Positions 54,191 to 63,957 of a DNA stretch of 64,000 nt are shown one piece after another (positions within the stretch are counted from its first letter, which is position 1; the number at the start of each line of letters is the position of its first letter). The stretch is taken from the IMG/VR virus record IMGVR_UViG_3300028805_000004. One strand, given 5' to 3'. Under the pieces are notes generated by a model. It searched no databases and was not told the origin of the DNA. It was given only the letters and a program-made list of their open reading frames with translations. The position numbers and the translations under genes are program-made. This DNA comes from an uncultured virus (IMG/VR IMGVR_UViG_3300028805_000004). Taxonomy: Duplodnaviria; Heunggongvirae; Uroviricota; Caudoviricetes.

Positions 54191-57100
54191 TAGTGCACCA
54201 CCTCTTTAATTTTCTCAGGATCAAAGTCGACATTGTCCAATCGGGCATACTGAATATTGTTAGCAACAGCCACAACGTTCATTGTATCCATTTTCATGTT
54301 GGCTTGTCCGTCATAAACATAGGCTACACCATCGACGACTTCATAAGCCATGCTATGTCCGCCACCGCCATCCCAGGTAACCATCAGATTTCCTCGAGCA
54401 CCGTCTCCTTGAGCTACGAGTTCTTTCTGGAGCTGCTCATTTACCTCTTGCTTGTACTGCTTTTGTGAGTCTTCAGAATATTTATGAACATACTTACGCT
54501 CAAGTTTTTCTGTATCAAGATGTTTTACCTTGGCGTCAGGATACCATCTTGTAACATCGCCATAATCATAACCAAACTGAACTTCGTTAGCCGTTACATC
54601 ATAACCACGACGTCTCATGTCATATGTGGCCGTACAGCACATGCAGTTATGCTTAGTATTTGTAGCAAGGTTCTTCCAACCTGGATTTACATCTTTAAGA
54701 TCTTCTTCTCGCGAAGCATTAGTATTCTGTTTAAGATGCAGTCCAGTTTCTTCGTCTACTGGTTCACCCTGTTTTCTCTTTTCAGCTTTCGATTTTGCCA
54801 TTTCTGCAGATATAACGTCCTTGACAAAGATTACAGGATCAGCAACCGCTGAAAGGTTAGAGGAGAAAAGCGCATTGACAACTGCTGATACACCATTGGC
54901 TATTCCCTCACTGTAGCTAACCTTCTTTCTTTGAGTTTGCTGGAAATTGAACATTGCCGTCTTAAGATCTGATCCGCTTGTTTTTTCTACGGTTTCTGTC
55001 AGCCTTCTCAGATGCACATCCATTGGTAAACTATCGTCAAATTCGTAACCAAAAGCATCAGCAAGCTCTTTTACTTCCTCTTCAGACATCATTCCACGAT
55101 TAAGAAATAGTACTAATGAGGCTTTCTGGTCATTCAAGGTTACTTCATCTTCTTTACTAACATCTTCCCAGCCATCAATAGATCCGCCTCCTCCACCTCC
55201 TTGGACTTCAAACTCCATAGATTTGGCGTTTATCTTAAGCTTGGAAGTTACCTTATCGCGAAGCTCTGCTGCATGCTTTTTGCCAGCAGAAGTCAATCGA
55301 CCGGCTTCGTCCTGAAACCTTCTTATGCCCCACTTCTGACCTTTGATGCCGTGGTGTTCGAGAGCATTATCATCGGCAAATATAACAGCATGAGCAATCT
55401 GTTCCAGCCGATACTTGTCACGTGTGCCTGCTGACGCAGCCTTACCCATTGCTACGCCCATTGGTATGGAGGCAATGTTAGGAAGACCAGCAACTGACGA
55501 AGCAAGCGTTGTAGCTACACCAGCTAATACCGCTTTGCCAATAGCTTTGGTTCGTACAGCTCTGTGTTCATTGTAAATATCATCAACAGTCATCTTTACA
55601 AGATGGTCTGCTAACTTTTCGTACATTTGCTTCGTGTTCGTTTGCCCACGTGCTATAGCCCTATCGATGTTTTTATCGTAACGCTTCAGCTCCTTCTCTC
55701 GAAATTTTTCAGCCTTTTCGTTACGCCGCAATCCAGCTTTTGTAAGTGTTCCATCTTCATTCTGAAACCGTCTAATACCCCACTTCTGACCTTTTATACC
55801 GTGGTGGGCTAGGTAGTTGTTATAAACAGAGAGGTCTGAATGATTAATATAATACTCCTCAGCCCGTCTGAAAAAGTCTTCAGCCTGACGTTTTTGCCAC
55901 AATGCTTTTTGTTCTTCTTGTTCGTATCTATTATCAAGAGCTTTTAGTTTCTTGGCTTTATCGGAATCAGAAGGCAGTTTTCGAAGCGCTTTTGCTACTT
56001 TTACTCGAAGCGGTGATACTCGAGACAAAATCTCGTCAGCTTCAGAAACATTTTTTTGCGCTTTACGAACACCCCTCTCCATTTCTGCTGCATCTAATCT
56101 TGCCTTACGTTTTGTAGTTTTAGCAGCTTTTTTAGCAGCACGAGTTTGCTTTAAAGTATCAAGGTCAAAATCCTGTGGAGTGCCTTTGTAGTCTTTCATG
56201 AATTGCCTCATGGATCTGAGACTTTTTATCATAGAGTCTACATCAGCATCTGTTCTTGCCGCTTTTCCAAGATCTTTTTTCATCTCTTCATAGCGTTTCT
56301 CCATATGGGCTTCGAGTTCTGCTCGTTTCGTATCTGCTTTTGCTTTTTTCTCGACGGGTTGTTCAGAAACTTTTGATTCTGCGTTCTCCTGACCCTTGGA
56401 CTTATCTGACTTTTTAGTTCGCTCTTCTAAGTAGTCAAGTCTTGCATTACGAGCGTCATCTTTCTGCTTTTTCATAGCATACTCGTAAGCTTCAGGATTC
56501 GTCTGCTTCACAAAGTCGGAGTCGTACTTTTTCCCATTAAGCTCTATGGTGTTACCACCACCATTGTTGGGCCCATCCGGATCATTTGGCTTAGTAGATG
56601 CTGAAGGCTTGTCAGGATCACCCTTTTGGTTCTTTGCATCAACTGTGTATTTGCTAATGCGCTCACGAGATTCACGATCAAGTTGATCTTTCTCGCGCTT
56701 GTAGTCGATGTCACGCTCAGCAGAAAGTTTATCTTTCTCAAGAGCTCTCTGATGATCACGCTCTTCTTTCTCGAGCTGACGCTGATACTTGAGTTCGTCG
56801 GCAGCTTTCTGCTTACGTTCTTTCTCGCCAGAAATATCCTCAATGTAATCCTTGGTGTCCTTGATAGCACCAGTTACATCACGGATAGCCTGGAAATATC
56901 CAACACCTCGCTTAACCTGCTCAGCAAAGCCTTTGGCGGCTCTATCGCGTTCGTCGAGTCGATTGTTGGCCTCTCTAAGCTCTTCGACAGTGAACTTGTC
57001 AGCATTCATGGTCAGGCCGAGACGAGTTTTAGCCCAAACCTTCTTCTGGCGCTCAAGCTTCTCGGCAGCTTTACGAGCTTTTACCTCTTTAGCCTTCTGG

Positions 57101-58194
57101 ATTCCGCCACGCGCAGCCTTCACAAGACCCACACCGACCTTACGTCCGGCGGACATGGCGCTTTTAATACCATAGCGCTTGGCTCCAGCAGCAGTCAGAC
57201 TTCCGTCAGCTTTCTGGAACCGTCTCACACCCCACTTCTGACCCTTGATTCCATGATGAGCCAGATAGGATCTGTAAGAATAAATATCATCATTTACAAT
57301 CACTGAATGACTAACCTCCTCGCCTTGCAGCATACTTCGAGCTTCTTTACTGTATTTGTCGAGATCCGACTTCATTCTTTTAAGTTCATTGTCGGTGTAC
57401 AAGTGTACTGAAGATGTATAGTCAATTGCGTTAGTGGTTTTACCAACACTCCGCAAAGCGGATTCTGTTACATATTCCTCTAAGATAGCGCCAGCATACC
57501 CGCCGTCTCTTGATGTCGATATGTATTTCTCAGCCTGATTACCCAAAGCCTCATCAGAGATTTTCCTAGAAAAATCTTGCAATGTAGACAGCGCTTTATC
57601 ATAGTCAGACCTAACACGGTTTGGATTTTTACCATTAGCAACAAGGCAATAATCGTATGAATTGTATGAACCATCATCCGCAAGGTTTTTAGGTCCCTGC
57701 CTATATGCTTCGACAATTCGTTCTTTAGTCCAACCTTTTATAGTCCGACGATCGGCTTCTGCAAGGCCTGCCACTGTACGATAAAAATCAACATTTTTTT
57801 CATAGTCTTCAGCACAAACGCTGCCAGCTTTTTTAACGCTCATGGCGAGAGATTCGATTTTATCGGCAGTAGCTGTATCTCTTGTGATGACATTGTCTAC
57901 TAAATTGTCAATTTTATTTTTAACCCTGTCAAAGTCATTAGCCCGACGATTATTAGCATCTACTTGCCTAGCTTTTGCGGGATTCAGAAATCGTTCTTTA
58001 AAAGAGAGTTGCTGGTATTCAGGCCGATCGCCAAACCTATCAGATGCCTTGAATATCTTCTTTACTATCTTGTAGTTCTTTTTGGTGTTACTTAAAGGAT
58101 CTTTAATTCTTGTCCCATCGTAATTCTGGAACCTTCTTACACCCCACTTCTGACCTTTGATGCCGTGGTGGGCTAAATATGTTGTGTAGCTCAT
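54190..58194 (-). CDS. Four-module HHG-tagged polyprotein with C-terminal papain-fold toxin (Tox-PL-like) domain
   Basis: Four HHGIKGQKWG[VI]RRFQ tags; C-terminal HNCMCC..MRRRGYDV, GGHSMAYEV, VYDGQ; start ATG 58194 after AGGAGG. Confidence 0.8.
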   Translation of the reverse strand: MSYTTYLAHHGIKGQKWGVRRFQNYDGTRIKDPLSNTKKNYKIVKKIFKASDRFGDRPEYQQLSFKERFLNPAKARQVDANNRRANDFDRVKNKIDNLVDNVITRDTATADKIESLAMSVKKAGSVCAEDYEKNVDFYRTVAGLAEADRRTIKGWTKERIVEAYRQGPKNLADDGSYNSYDYCLVANGKNPNRVRSDYDKALSTLQDFSRKISDEALGNQAEKYISTSRDGGYAGAILEEYVTESALRSVGKTTNAIDYTSSVHLYTDNELKRMKSDLDKYSKEARSMLQGEEVSHSVIVNDDIYSYRSYLAHHGIKGQKWGVRRFQKADGSLTAAGAKRYGIKSAMSAGRKVGVGLVKAARGGIQKAKEVKARKAAEKLERQKKVWAKTRLGLTMNADKFTVEELREANNRLDERDRAAKGFAEQVKRGVGYFQAIRDVTGAIKDTKDYIEDISGEKERKQKAADELKYQRQLEKEERDHQRALEKDKLSAERDIDYKREKDQLDRESRERISKYTVDAKNQKGDPDKPSASTKPNDPDGPNNGGGNTIELNGKKYDSDFVKQTNPEAYEYAMKKQKDDARNARLDYLEERTKKSDKSKGQENAESKVSEQPVEKKAKADTKRAELEAHMEKRYEEMKKDLGKAARTDADVDSMIKSLRSMRQFMKDYKGTPQDFDLDTLKQTRAAKKAAKTTKRKARLDAAEMERGVRKAQKNVSEADEILSRVSPLRVKVAKALRKLPSDSDKAKKLKALDNRYEQEEQKALWQKRQAEDFFRRAEEYYINHSDLSVYNNYLAHHGIKGQKWGIRRFQNEDGTLTKAGLRRNEKAEKFREKELKRYDKNIDRAIARGQTNTKQMYEKLADHLVKMTVDDIYNEHRAVRTKAIGKAVLAGVATTLASSVAGLPNIASIPMGVAMGKAASAGTRDKYRLEQIAHAVIFADDNALEHHGIKGQKWGIRRFQDEAGRLTSAGKKHAAELRDKVTSKLKINAKSMEFEVQGGGGGGSIDGWEDVSKEDEVTLNDQKASLVLFLNRGMMSEEEVKELADAFGYEFDDSLPMDVHLRRLTETVEKTSGSDLKTAMFNFQQTQRKKVSYSEGIANGVSAVVNALFSSNLSAVADPVIFVKDVISAEMAKSKAEKRKQGEPVDEETGLHLKQNTNASREEDLKDVNPGWKNLATNTKHNCMCCTATYDMRRRGYDVTANEVQFGYDYGDVTRWYPDAKVKHLDTEKLERKYVHKYSEDSQKQYKQEVNEQLQKELVAQGDGARGNLMVTWDGGGGHSMAYEVVDGVAYVYDGQANMKMDTMNVVAVANNIQYARLDNVDFDPEKIKEVVH

Positions 58195-58217
58195 ACAAGC
58201 CCTCCTGCTTTTGGTGC

Positions 58218-58766
58218 TCACATGCTCAAGCCATGATTGCTCAGATAGTTCTGGTATGCAGAAATATCAGAATGCTTTACATCCTTACCTGCATGGCCAT
58301 CATTGGTAATCTTTGCATCCTGGAAACTGACTGTAACGTGTTTCCTAAAGTATTCTTCCTGTTTCTTTTTCTTTTTCTTGTATCTTTCTAACGACTTGGC
58401 AGCCTTCTTTGTGGCTTTCTGTAAACGTTTGTGATTTTTGTCTATTTCGCGCTGCTTCTTTTGCAGCTTCATCAAGGATCCAACGCCTTTAAGCACTTCT
58501 TTAGAGGAATTGGCAACGTTTTCCCAATTTACTTTTTCTCCTCTTTTCAACGGGAAGTAAATTTCATCAGCAATACCTTCTCGCCAGCCTTCATCTATAT
58601 CGGCCTTTAAATCTTCTATTGTTTCACCATCTTCATTAGTCAAAGGTTTACCACCTCCGCCGCCTTGTCCTTCAAATTTGACAGACTTGGCATCGCTGGC
58701 ATCTTTATGATGTCCCCACTTCATGCCTTTTACGCCATGGTGGGCAAGATAAGCTCCGTAACCCAT
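58218..58766 (-). CDS. HHG-tagged putative virion cargo protein
   Basis: YLAHHGVKGMKWG; FEGQGGGGG; start ATG 58766 after GAGGTG. Confidence 0.75.
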   Translation of the reverse strand: MGYGAYLAHHGVKGMKWGHHKDASDAKSVKFEGQGGGGGKPLTNEDGETIEDLKADIDEGWREGIADEIYFPLKRGEKVNWENVANSSKEVLKGVGSLMKLQKKQREIDKNHKRLQKATKKAAKSLERYKKKKKKQEEYFRKHVTVSFQDAKITNDGHAGKDVKHSDISAYQNYLSNHGLSM

Positions 58767-58773
58767 AAGCACC

Positions 58774-60522
58774 TCACTCAAACATGTCAATGTTCTGTCT
58801 ATAGGCAACCCATGCATCCATCAAGGCCGATACATTATCGATCTTGTCAGCATAACGCTTCTTCCAAAGCTTACGGTTGCCATTGGTATCTTCAAGAACC
58901 ATGGCATTGCCCATAGTCATACTCATTAGTTCCTCATCAAAGAGCAGCATGCGCTCACTGGCAAGTTTCTTCAACTCACCGAGCGGAACTGACTCTGTCT
59001 TTACTCCCTGGATTACCTTAACAACTCCAAACTCGCCTCGATCTTGAATATAACGAGCAACAAACTCCTTAGCATTATACGGGTCGTAGCCCATGCAGAG
59101 AACGTCGTACTGTTGGTCTTCCATAAACTGGTCGAGGTCGTCGTAAACGTCCATCATGTTGAGGACTGTTCCTTCAAATACGACGAGACTGCCTTCATCC
59201 ATGAACTGACGATACTTGTCCCTTGCTGCCGGCTGTAGCCTTTCATAAGTTAACGAAGAAATATAACTTCGAACCTTGATTCCGAACTTCCCGTTCTTCA
59301 ACGGGAACAAGAAGGTGGCTGCACAGAAGTCGTCACCTTGAGATAAGTCCAAACCAAGAGCACACGGCATCTTCCAATAGCTCCGTTTCCGATGTGGCTG
59401 TATCTCAGCATACGTGAAGTAGTAGGTGAGCCCCTCCATCGGTATCCCGAAACGCTTGGCAAGAATATCGTTGCGAGCAGACGGAACGTTTTCAGCTCTT
59501 TCGACGTCGAGCTGGTAGGTTTCCCAGGAAACTGTCTTTCCGAGATTCGGATTAGCTTTGAGCCACATGTCAGGATCGTTGACTTCCGAAACATCGTCAA
59601 GACGGTAATACCAAATGGACACATGCGGTGCATAATAGTCACCTCGAAGGATGTCCATTAACTCCATTTTGATTGAGTCTCCAGCTCCGTTACGAACACA
59701 ACCCTCAGAGCTAGAAGCGATGATGATGTAGTCGTCCAATCCACCCTTTCGAGCACCCTGTTCAAGAGCACCGACCGGATCTTCTCGCAGAACACCAGAG
59801 AGCCACTCGTCTACTGTGGAATACTTCACTCGTAATCCCTGAAGCTTGTCAATGACCATCGGTCTGATCTCAAGAAGGGAGTTTGTGAGAAGATTCTCGA
59901 TACCCTTTTTGGTACTGGCAAGCTTTGGACGGTTCATCTTGGAACCAGTGGTGTTCTGCATCGAGCCATTGGTCAGAAATCTGAAGAATGGTCCTCGTGA
60001 CTTGGTGATGGAGGTCTTGAATGGAGACAAAACCTCCTCGGACTGTTTCATCGTTGGTGCAGTTGTGACCTGATGAGTTGTCGACGGGTCTACTGTCAAG
60101 CCGAATGCCTGAATGCAGAAGTCGTACATACTCTTAGCCGCTCCTCGAGCAACAATCAGATACTGCTTTGTTGTCAGACGCTTCTTGACTGTCCGAACAA
60201 CGTAACGAACTCCGTGTCCGTTAGGGTCTGGCTCCGGTACCGGCTGTCTTACAAAGTAATACCAACCATAGAGCTGTTCGGCCCAAAGCTTAAAGCTGTC
60301 CAACAAGAAGAGAGGCTGACCGTCGGTTAAGGTAAGTTCGTTTTCACAGAACTCAACCCAGCCGTCGATAGCCTCATCATCGTAAAAGTATTTTGGATTG
60401 GCTATGAGAGCGTCAATCCTATTCATCTCCATAGAGATTTCTTCATTGACCGGTATCTCCCCCCGAAGAACCTGATCACGAAACTCTTTGTAGTATTTCG
60501 GGGTAGCTCGATTTGAAAGCAT
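58774..60522 (-). CDS. terL: Terminase large subunit
   Basis: VARGAAKS Walker A, TVDEW, LGLDLSQGDD, YDPYNA, KIDNVSALMDA. Confidence 0.93.
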   Translation of the reverse strand: MLSNRATPKYYKEFRDQVLRGEIPVNEEISMEMNRIDALIANPKYFYDDEAIDGWVEFCENELTLTDGQPLFLLDSFKLWAEQLYGWYYFVRQPVPEPDPNGHGVRYVVRTVKKRLTTKQYLIVARGAAKSMYDFCIQAFGLTVDPSTTHQVTTAPTMKQSEEVLSPFKTSITKSRGPFFRFLTNGSMQNTTGSKMNRPKLASTKKGIENLLTNSLLEIRPMVIDKLQGLRVKYSTVDEWLSGVLREDPVGALEQGARKGGLDDYIIIASSSEGCVRNGAGDSIKMELMDILRGDYYAPHVSIWYYRLDDVSEVNDPDMWLKANPNLGKTVSWETYQLDVERAENVPSARNDILAKRFGIPMEGLTYYFTYAEIQPHRKRSYWKMPCALGLDLSQGDDFCAATFLFPLKNGKFGIKVRSYISSLTYERLQPAARDKYRQFMDEGSLVVFEGTVLNMMDVYDDLDQFMEDQQYDVLCMGYDPYNAKEFVARYIQDRGEFGVVKVIQGVKTESVPLGELKKLASERMLLFDEELMSMTMGNAMVLEDTNGNRKLWKKRYADKIDNVSALMDAWVAYRQNIDMFE

Positions 60523-60528
60523 GAAATA

Positions 60529-60888
60529 TCACCCCATCAAACCCTGTTCTACCTCAAGAGCCAGCTTGATTCGGAACTCATCCTCGGCAATGGTGTCCTT
60601 GAGAGCCTGCATAGTGCTCCCACCTGCCGGAGGATCGAAAGACAATCGAACCAGATCGCCGACAAAGGACGGTACATCCGCGAGAAGGAAAGTCTGGGTA
60701 GCCGGGATCAGGTCTGACCATTCAGACGTCTCATCAAATATAACAAACCCCCGCTTGGGTCCGACGCCGAGCTGTCTGCATTTGACAAGAGCTCGATTGA
60801 TGTGCTCAACGATCTGATTGTCATAGCTTTCATCCTGGGCATCAATGCCAAGATGTTCTTTAACACTTGTTAAAATACTTGTGGTCAT
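60529..60888 (-). CDS. Head-tail adaptor-like protein
   Basis: SILTSVKEHLG, QLGVGP, VRLSFDPP; helical gp6/gp15-like pattern. Confidence 0.55.
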   Translation of the reverse strand: MTTSILTSVKEHLGIDAQDESYDNQIVEHINRALVKCRQLGVGPKRGFVIFDETSEWSDLIPATQTFLLADVPSFVGDLVRLSFDPPAGGSTMQALKDTIAEDEFRIKLALEVEQGLMG

Positions 60889-61334
60889 TATGCCCTCCTC
60901 CACGGACACTGGTCATATGGTTGCCGTTCAATAATAGGTTGTGGCAGCAGAGACCTGTCACCATAGTGTATTGCCTGGTGTGTTAGAAAGCGTACACATA
61001 CAACGTTCTCAGGATCAAAGACACAGTCTCGCATGTACAGGACATCGTCCTTAGACAAGGGGTTGATGTGATGCAAAACTATTCGGTCCTGCTGTCGCTT
61101 TCCAATAATCGGAAAATCCTCATGAGCCATGTCGCACACAAAGTCTCCATTGAGACTATCACGAAGAATCATGTCTCGCTTGAAAGACTTCCATTTTGAA
61201 TTTTTCTGGTAAAGTTGCTGGTTGACCCATCGGTCGTAGCCGAAGGTTTCCTCTCCAACCTTGCCGTGAAGCTTAAGATAGTCAAACCGGTCGTAATAGT
61301 CTGGGATTCGAATGAGTTCACTGTAGGTTCTCAT
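60888..61334 (-). CDS. HNH endonuclease (packaging-associated)
   Basis: RD..C, VLHHINP, ENVVCV..THQAIH. Confidence 0.85.
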   Translation of the reverse strand: MRTYSELIRIPDYYDRFDYLKLHGKVGEETFGYDRWVNQQLYQKNSKWKSFKRDMILRDSLNGDFVCDMAHEDFPIIGKRQQDRIVLHHINPLSKDDVLYMRDCVFDPENVVCVRFLTHQAIHYGDRSLLPQPIIERQPYDQCPWRRA

Positions 61335-61669
61335 TCTTTCCCCTCCGAAGGAGCGAACATTCGACCGTATGTTGTGAATGCTCTCATAGCTTCCTTCATG
61401 TCGATCTCGTTCTGCTTCATACGTTCGTACATTTCGACCTTAGCCGCTGCCTCTTCGGTCTTCTGACGCATGTGCTCACGCTCTATCTGTTCCCTGGTTG
61501 ACCCCATCCTTAAAAAGTGGACGGTTTCTTGAGAGGTGGCAGTTCCATCTTCAAGTCGCTGCTCAACTAAAGCATAGGCCTTGGCAATACAACGACTTTC
61601 GACAGCTTCTCGAGAACTACCACCCGTCCTCACTTTCTTTTGAAGTGGTTTAGGTTCTCGTTTTGGCAT
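61331..61669 (-). CDS. Terminase small subunit (probable)
   Basis: Position upstream of HNH/TerL; RLEDGTATSQETVHFL; start ATG 61669. Confidence 0.6.
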   Translation of the reverse strand: MPKREPKPLQKKVRTGGSSREAVESRCIAKAYALVEQRLEDGTATSQETVHFLRMGSTREQIEREHMRQKTEEAAAKVEMYERMKQNEIDMKEAMRAFTTYGRMFAPSEGKE

Positions 61670-61815
61670 TGTTTCATCTCCTTTTAGACCCCTTTGCAGT
61701 AGACACAAACAGCATTGCACCCTTCATGGAGGACAGACGAAAGGAGACACGAGGAACGTCTAAAACAGACTGCTTGTGCCCACTGCAAAGGAGTCCAAGT
61801 TGGACCCCTCTAATG

Positions 61816-63957
61816 TTACTTAAGAAGCTTAAATATCTCGATGTCTGACAGCCAGGCATCACCGAGTGCGTTCTTGAGACCGTCGCCAAAGTGACCAGGA
61901 TACTCAACGCCCTTTGGATCAAGCCCCTTGCAGTAAGCAATGATCTGAACAGCTGTGACGACATACTGTGTTTCACCCTTACGAATGTAATGGCCTTCAA
62001 AAGCCTTACGTGTAAGCGGACCAAGATCTCCGTCTTCCTTAAGACCAGAACCCCAGTCAAGGTTTGCAGCATGCTGAAGACATCTCACCATCTGGCGGTT
62101 GGTATTACTCCCTCGAATGCCATCAAGCTCGATCTTGAAACCTGTGAACTTGACGGATTCGGTCTGTCCCTTGAACACCAACTCCTGAATGGGTGTGAGC
62201 TTCTTGGCCGGCTTGACGTAATGGAAACGAACTCCGTAACCGAACTTCCGCCCATAGTCTCTCCAAGCCGGTTCAATGAACTCTGATCTGTAGGGCTGCT
62301 CTCTCTGGATCTTGGAATCCATTCCGAAATCCCATTTTGAAATTACCGGAGCGTAATCGGACGCCATAACAAACGTATGGAACGTCGGATCACCAGGAGC
62401 TGCAATGATGACGATGTCACCAGCCTGAAGATCTTCCTTGCGATCAATCTTGTCAGCTACACCGAGATTGACAAGCTTGATGAAGTCCTTGGTAAGGTCT
62501 CCATGACTTCCACCGAGGTCAGCTCGCTGCCTGGTCCATCCGAGATTATACATTGCAGCTGAGGCAAGTCTGTCACAAGACCACTCGGAAGTTCTGCCAA
62601 TCGGGAAACACTTGTTGTCACCGTACAGGTTGATTCCTTTGGACCCATGCGGATCGAGACTGAAGGCATAGTCCGCTACAGCGTCGAGCTCCTTAAGCCA
62701 CTGCTCCTTGGTGAACGGGATTGCAGTAAGCCGCTGACCCTTCATGTGGAACACGTAGTCCTCGATAAGCTTAAGGCTGGTCTTCGGTCCGAACTCACCG
62801 TCAACTTCAAGCTTCCCTCGCCAACCCTTCTGGTACTCACGGACAGCAAGCATCGAGAGTCCGCCGTAGTCACCATCAAGGTTTCCGGTGTACCAGCCAA
62901 GGACACGCAAGCACTGCTGCATCTCTCTGACTGTGAGCTGATACCGGCTGCCGGAAACAAGAACGATGACAGTATGACCCTTGGTCTTGGTTACGAGAAT
63001 ATCACCTCGAGCCAGCTCTTCCTGGGACTTCACGTAAACCTGGTCGAAGTAGCCACTGTTGGAAAGGGCAGACGGTTCGTCACCAGTGTAGAAGTCTTTG
63101 ATGTCGATGCCAGAATATTTGATGCAGCATCTGACAAGACGAGCGCAGTCGGTCTCACAGGGCGTCGTGACCTTAGAGAGATCGAAGTCTACTTTCTTGG
63201 CTACGGAATATAAGCTCTGGTTGTTGGACTGGTCGTAACCAATGTTGTCGTTGGCACAAGCAGCCTCCATGGCTTCAGCAATGAGCTCTCGTACGAAGAC
63301 AGACTTGGCTCTGAATATGAACCAGCCCTTGGGATGATCGTAGTAGGGCTGGGTTGAAACCTCGCGACCATTGTTGTCTCCGGCCTGTCCGCCAGAAATG
63401 TTGCCGTTCTCGTCAATGCGAGCTGATCCGATCGTAACCATTGTATGTACTCCTATGTCATACTGTGTGAGATTAAACTCGTTGATGATCCTCATTACTG
63501 AAGAAACATAGGTTGGGCCGGTAGCATAGCCACGCTGGCTAACCTGAGTGATTAAAGCTCGAGGATCTGTAATCTTCAGCACATCACGATACTTGTAATG
63601 CCCTCCAGTCTTAGCATCTCGCATGAACTGAAGATAGTCATAAAAGCAATCATCCAGAGTTCTATACTTGCGGAAAGAATCCCAAATGGTTGTTGGCACT
63701 CCGTTGTAAACCTCAGGGGTGTATTTCTCAACTGTATCACCATGCCAGAACTCTGACTTCCAGGTTGAATTGAGAAGCTCTGTCTTCATTCCAAGGCAGT
63801 TGTTAGCCTGGGAATATAGTTCACTGCCTGAACCAGTACCGAAACCAGGTTCTAGACAGGCCTGGGCAATGAGAACCGACGGCAAATAACCGCTAAATCG
63901 TAGACAAGCAGCAACAGCTAAAGGTGCTACAAGCTGCACGTATCCATCTCGTGTCAT
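61816..63957 (-). CDS. Multidomain endolysin: GH73 glucosaminidase + cysteine-peptidase/amidase-like domains + peptidoglycan-binding repeats
   Basis: IAQACLE..NNCLGMK..GYAT; DC..GH; LDGDYG, VDGEFGPKT, LDGIRG, EDGDLGPLT. Confidence 0.85.
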   Translation of the reverse strand: MTRDGYVQLVAPLAVAACLRFSGYLPSVLIAQACLEPGFGTGSGSELYSQANNCLGMKTELLNSTWKSEFWHGDTVEKYTPEVYNGVPTTIWDSFRKYRTLDDCFYDYLQFMRDAKTGGHYKYRDVLKITDPRALITQVSQRGYATGPTYVSSVMRIINEFNLTQYDIGVHTMVTIGSARIDENGNISGGQAGDNNGREVSTQPYYDHPKGWFIFRAKSVFVRELIAEAMEAACANDNIGYDQSNNQSLYSVAKKVDFDLSKVTTPCETDCARLVRCCIKYSGIDIKDFYTGDEPSALSNSGYFDQVYVKSQEELARGDILVTKTKGHTVIVLVSGSRYQLTVREMQQCLRVLGWYTGNLDGDYGGLSMLAVREYQKGWRGKLEVDGEFGPKTSLKLIEDYVFHMKGQRLTAIPFTKEQWLKELDAVADYAFSLDPHGSKGINLYGDNKCFPIGRTSEWSCDRLASAAMYNLGWTRQRADLGGSHGDLTKDFIKLVNLGVADKIDRKEDLQAGDIVIIAAPGDPTFHTFVMASDYAPVISKWDFGMDSKIQREQPYRSEFIEPAWRDYGRKFGYGVRFHYVKPAKKLTPIQELVFKGQTESVKFTGFKIELDGIRGSNTNRQMVRCLQHAANLDWGSGLKEDGDLGPLTRKAFEGHYIRKGETQYVVTAVQIIAYCKGLDPKGVEYPGHFGDGLKNALGDAWLSDIEIFKLLK

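Noticed and set aside
404..63213. Plus-strand ORFs in the track (e.g. 11769-12698, 41761-42588, 50527-51576)
   Set aside because: They are antisense shadows of well-supported minus-strand genes, with no RBS or recognisable motifs
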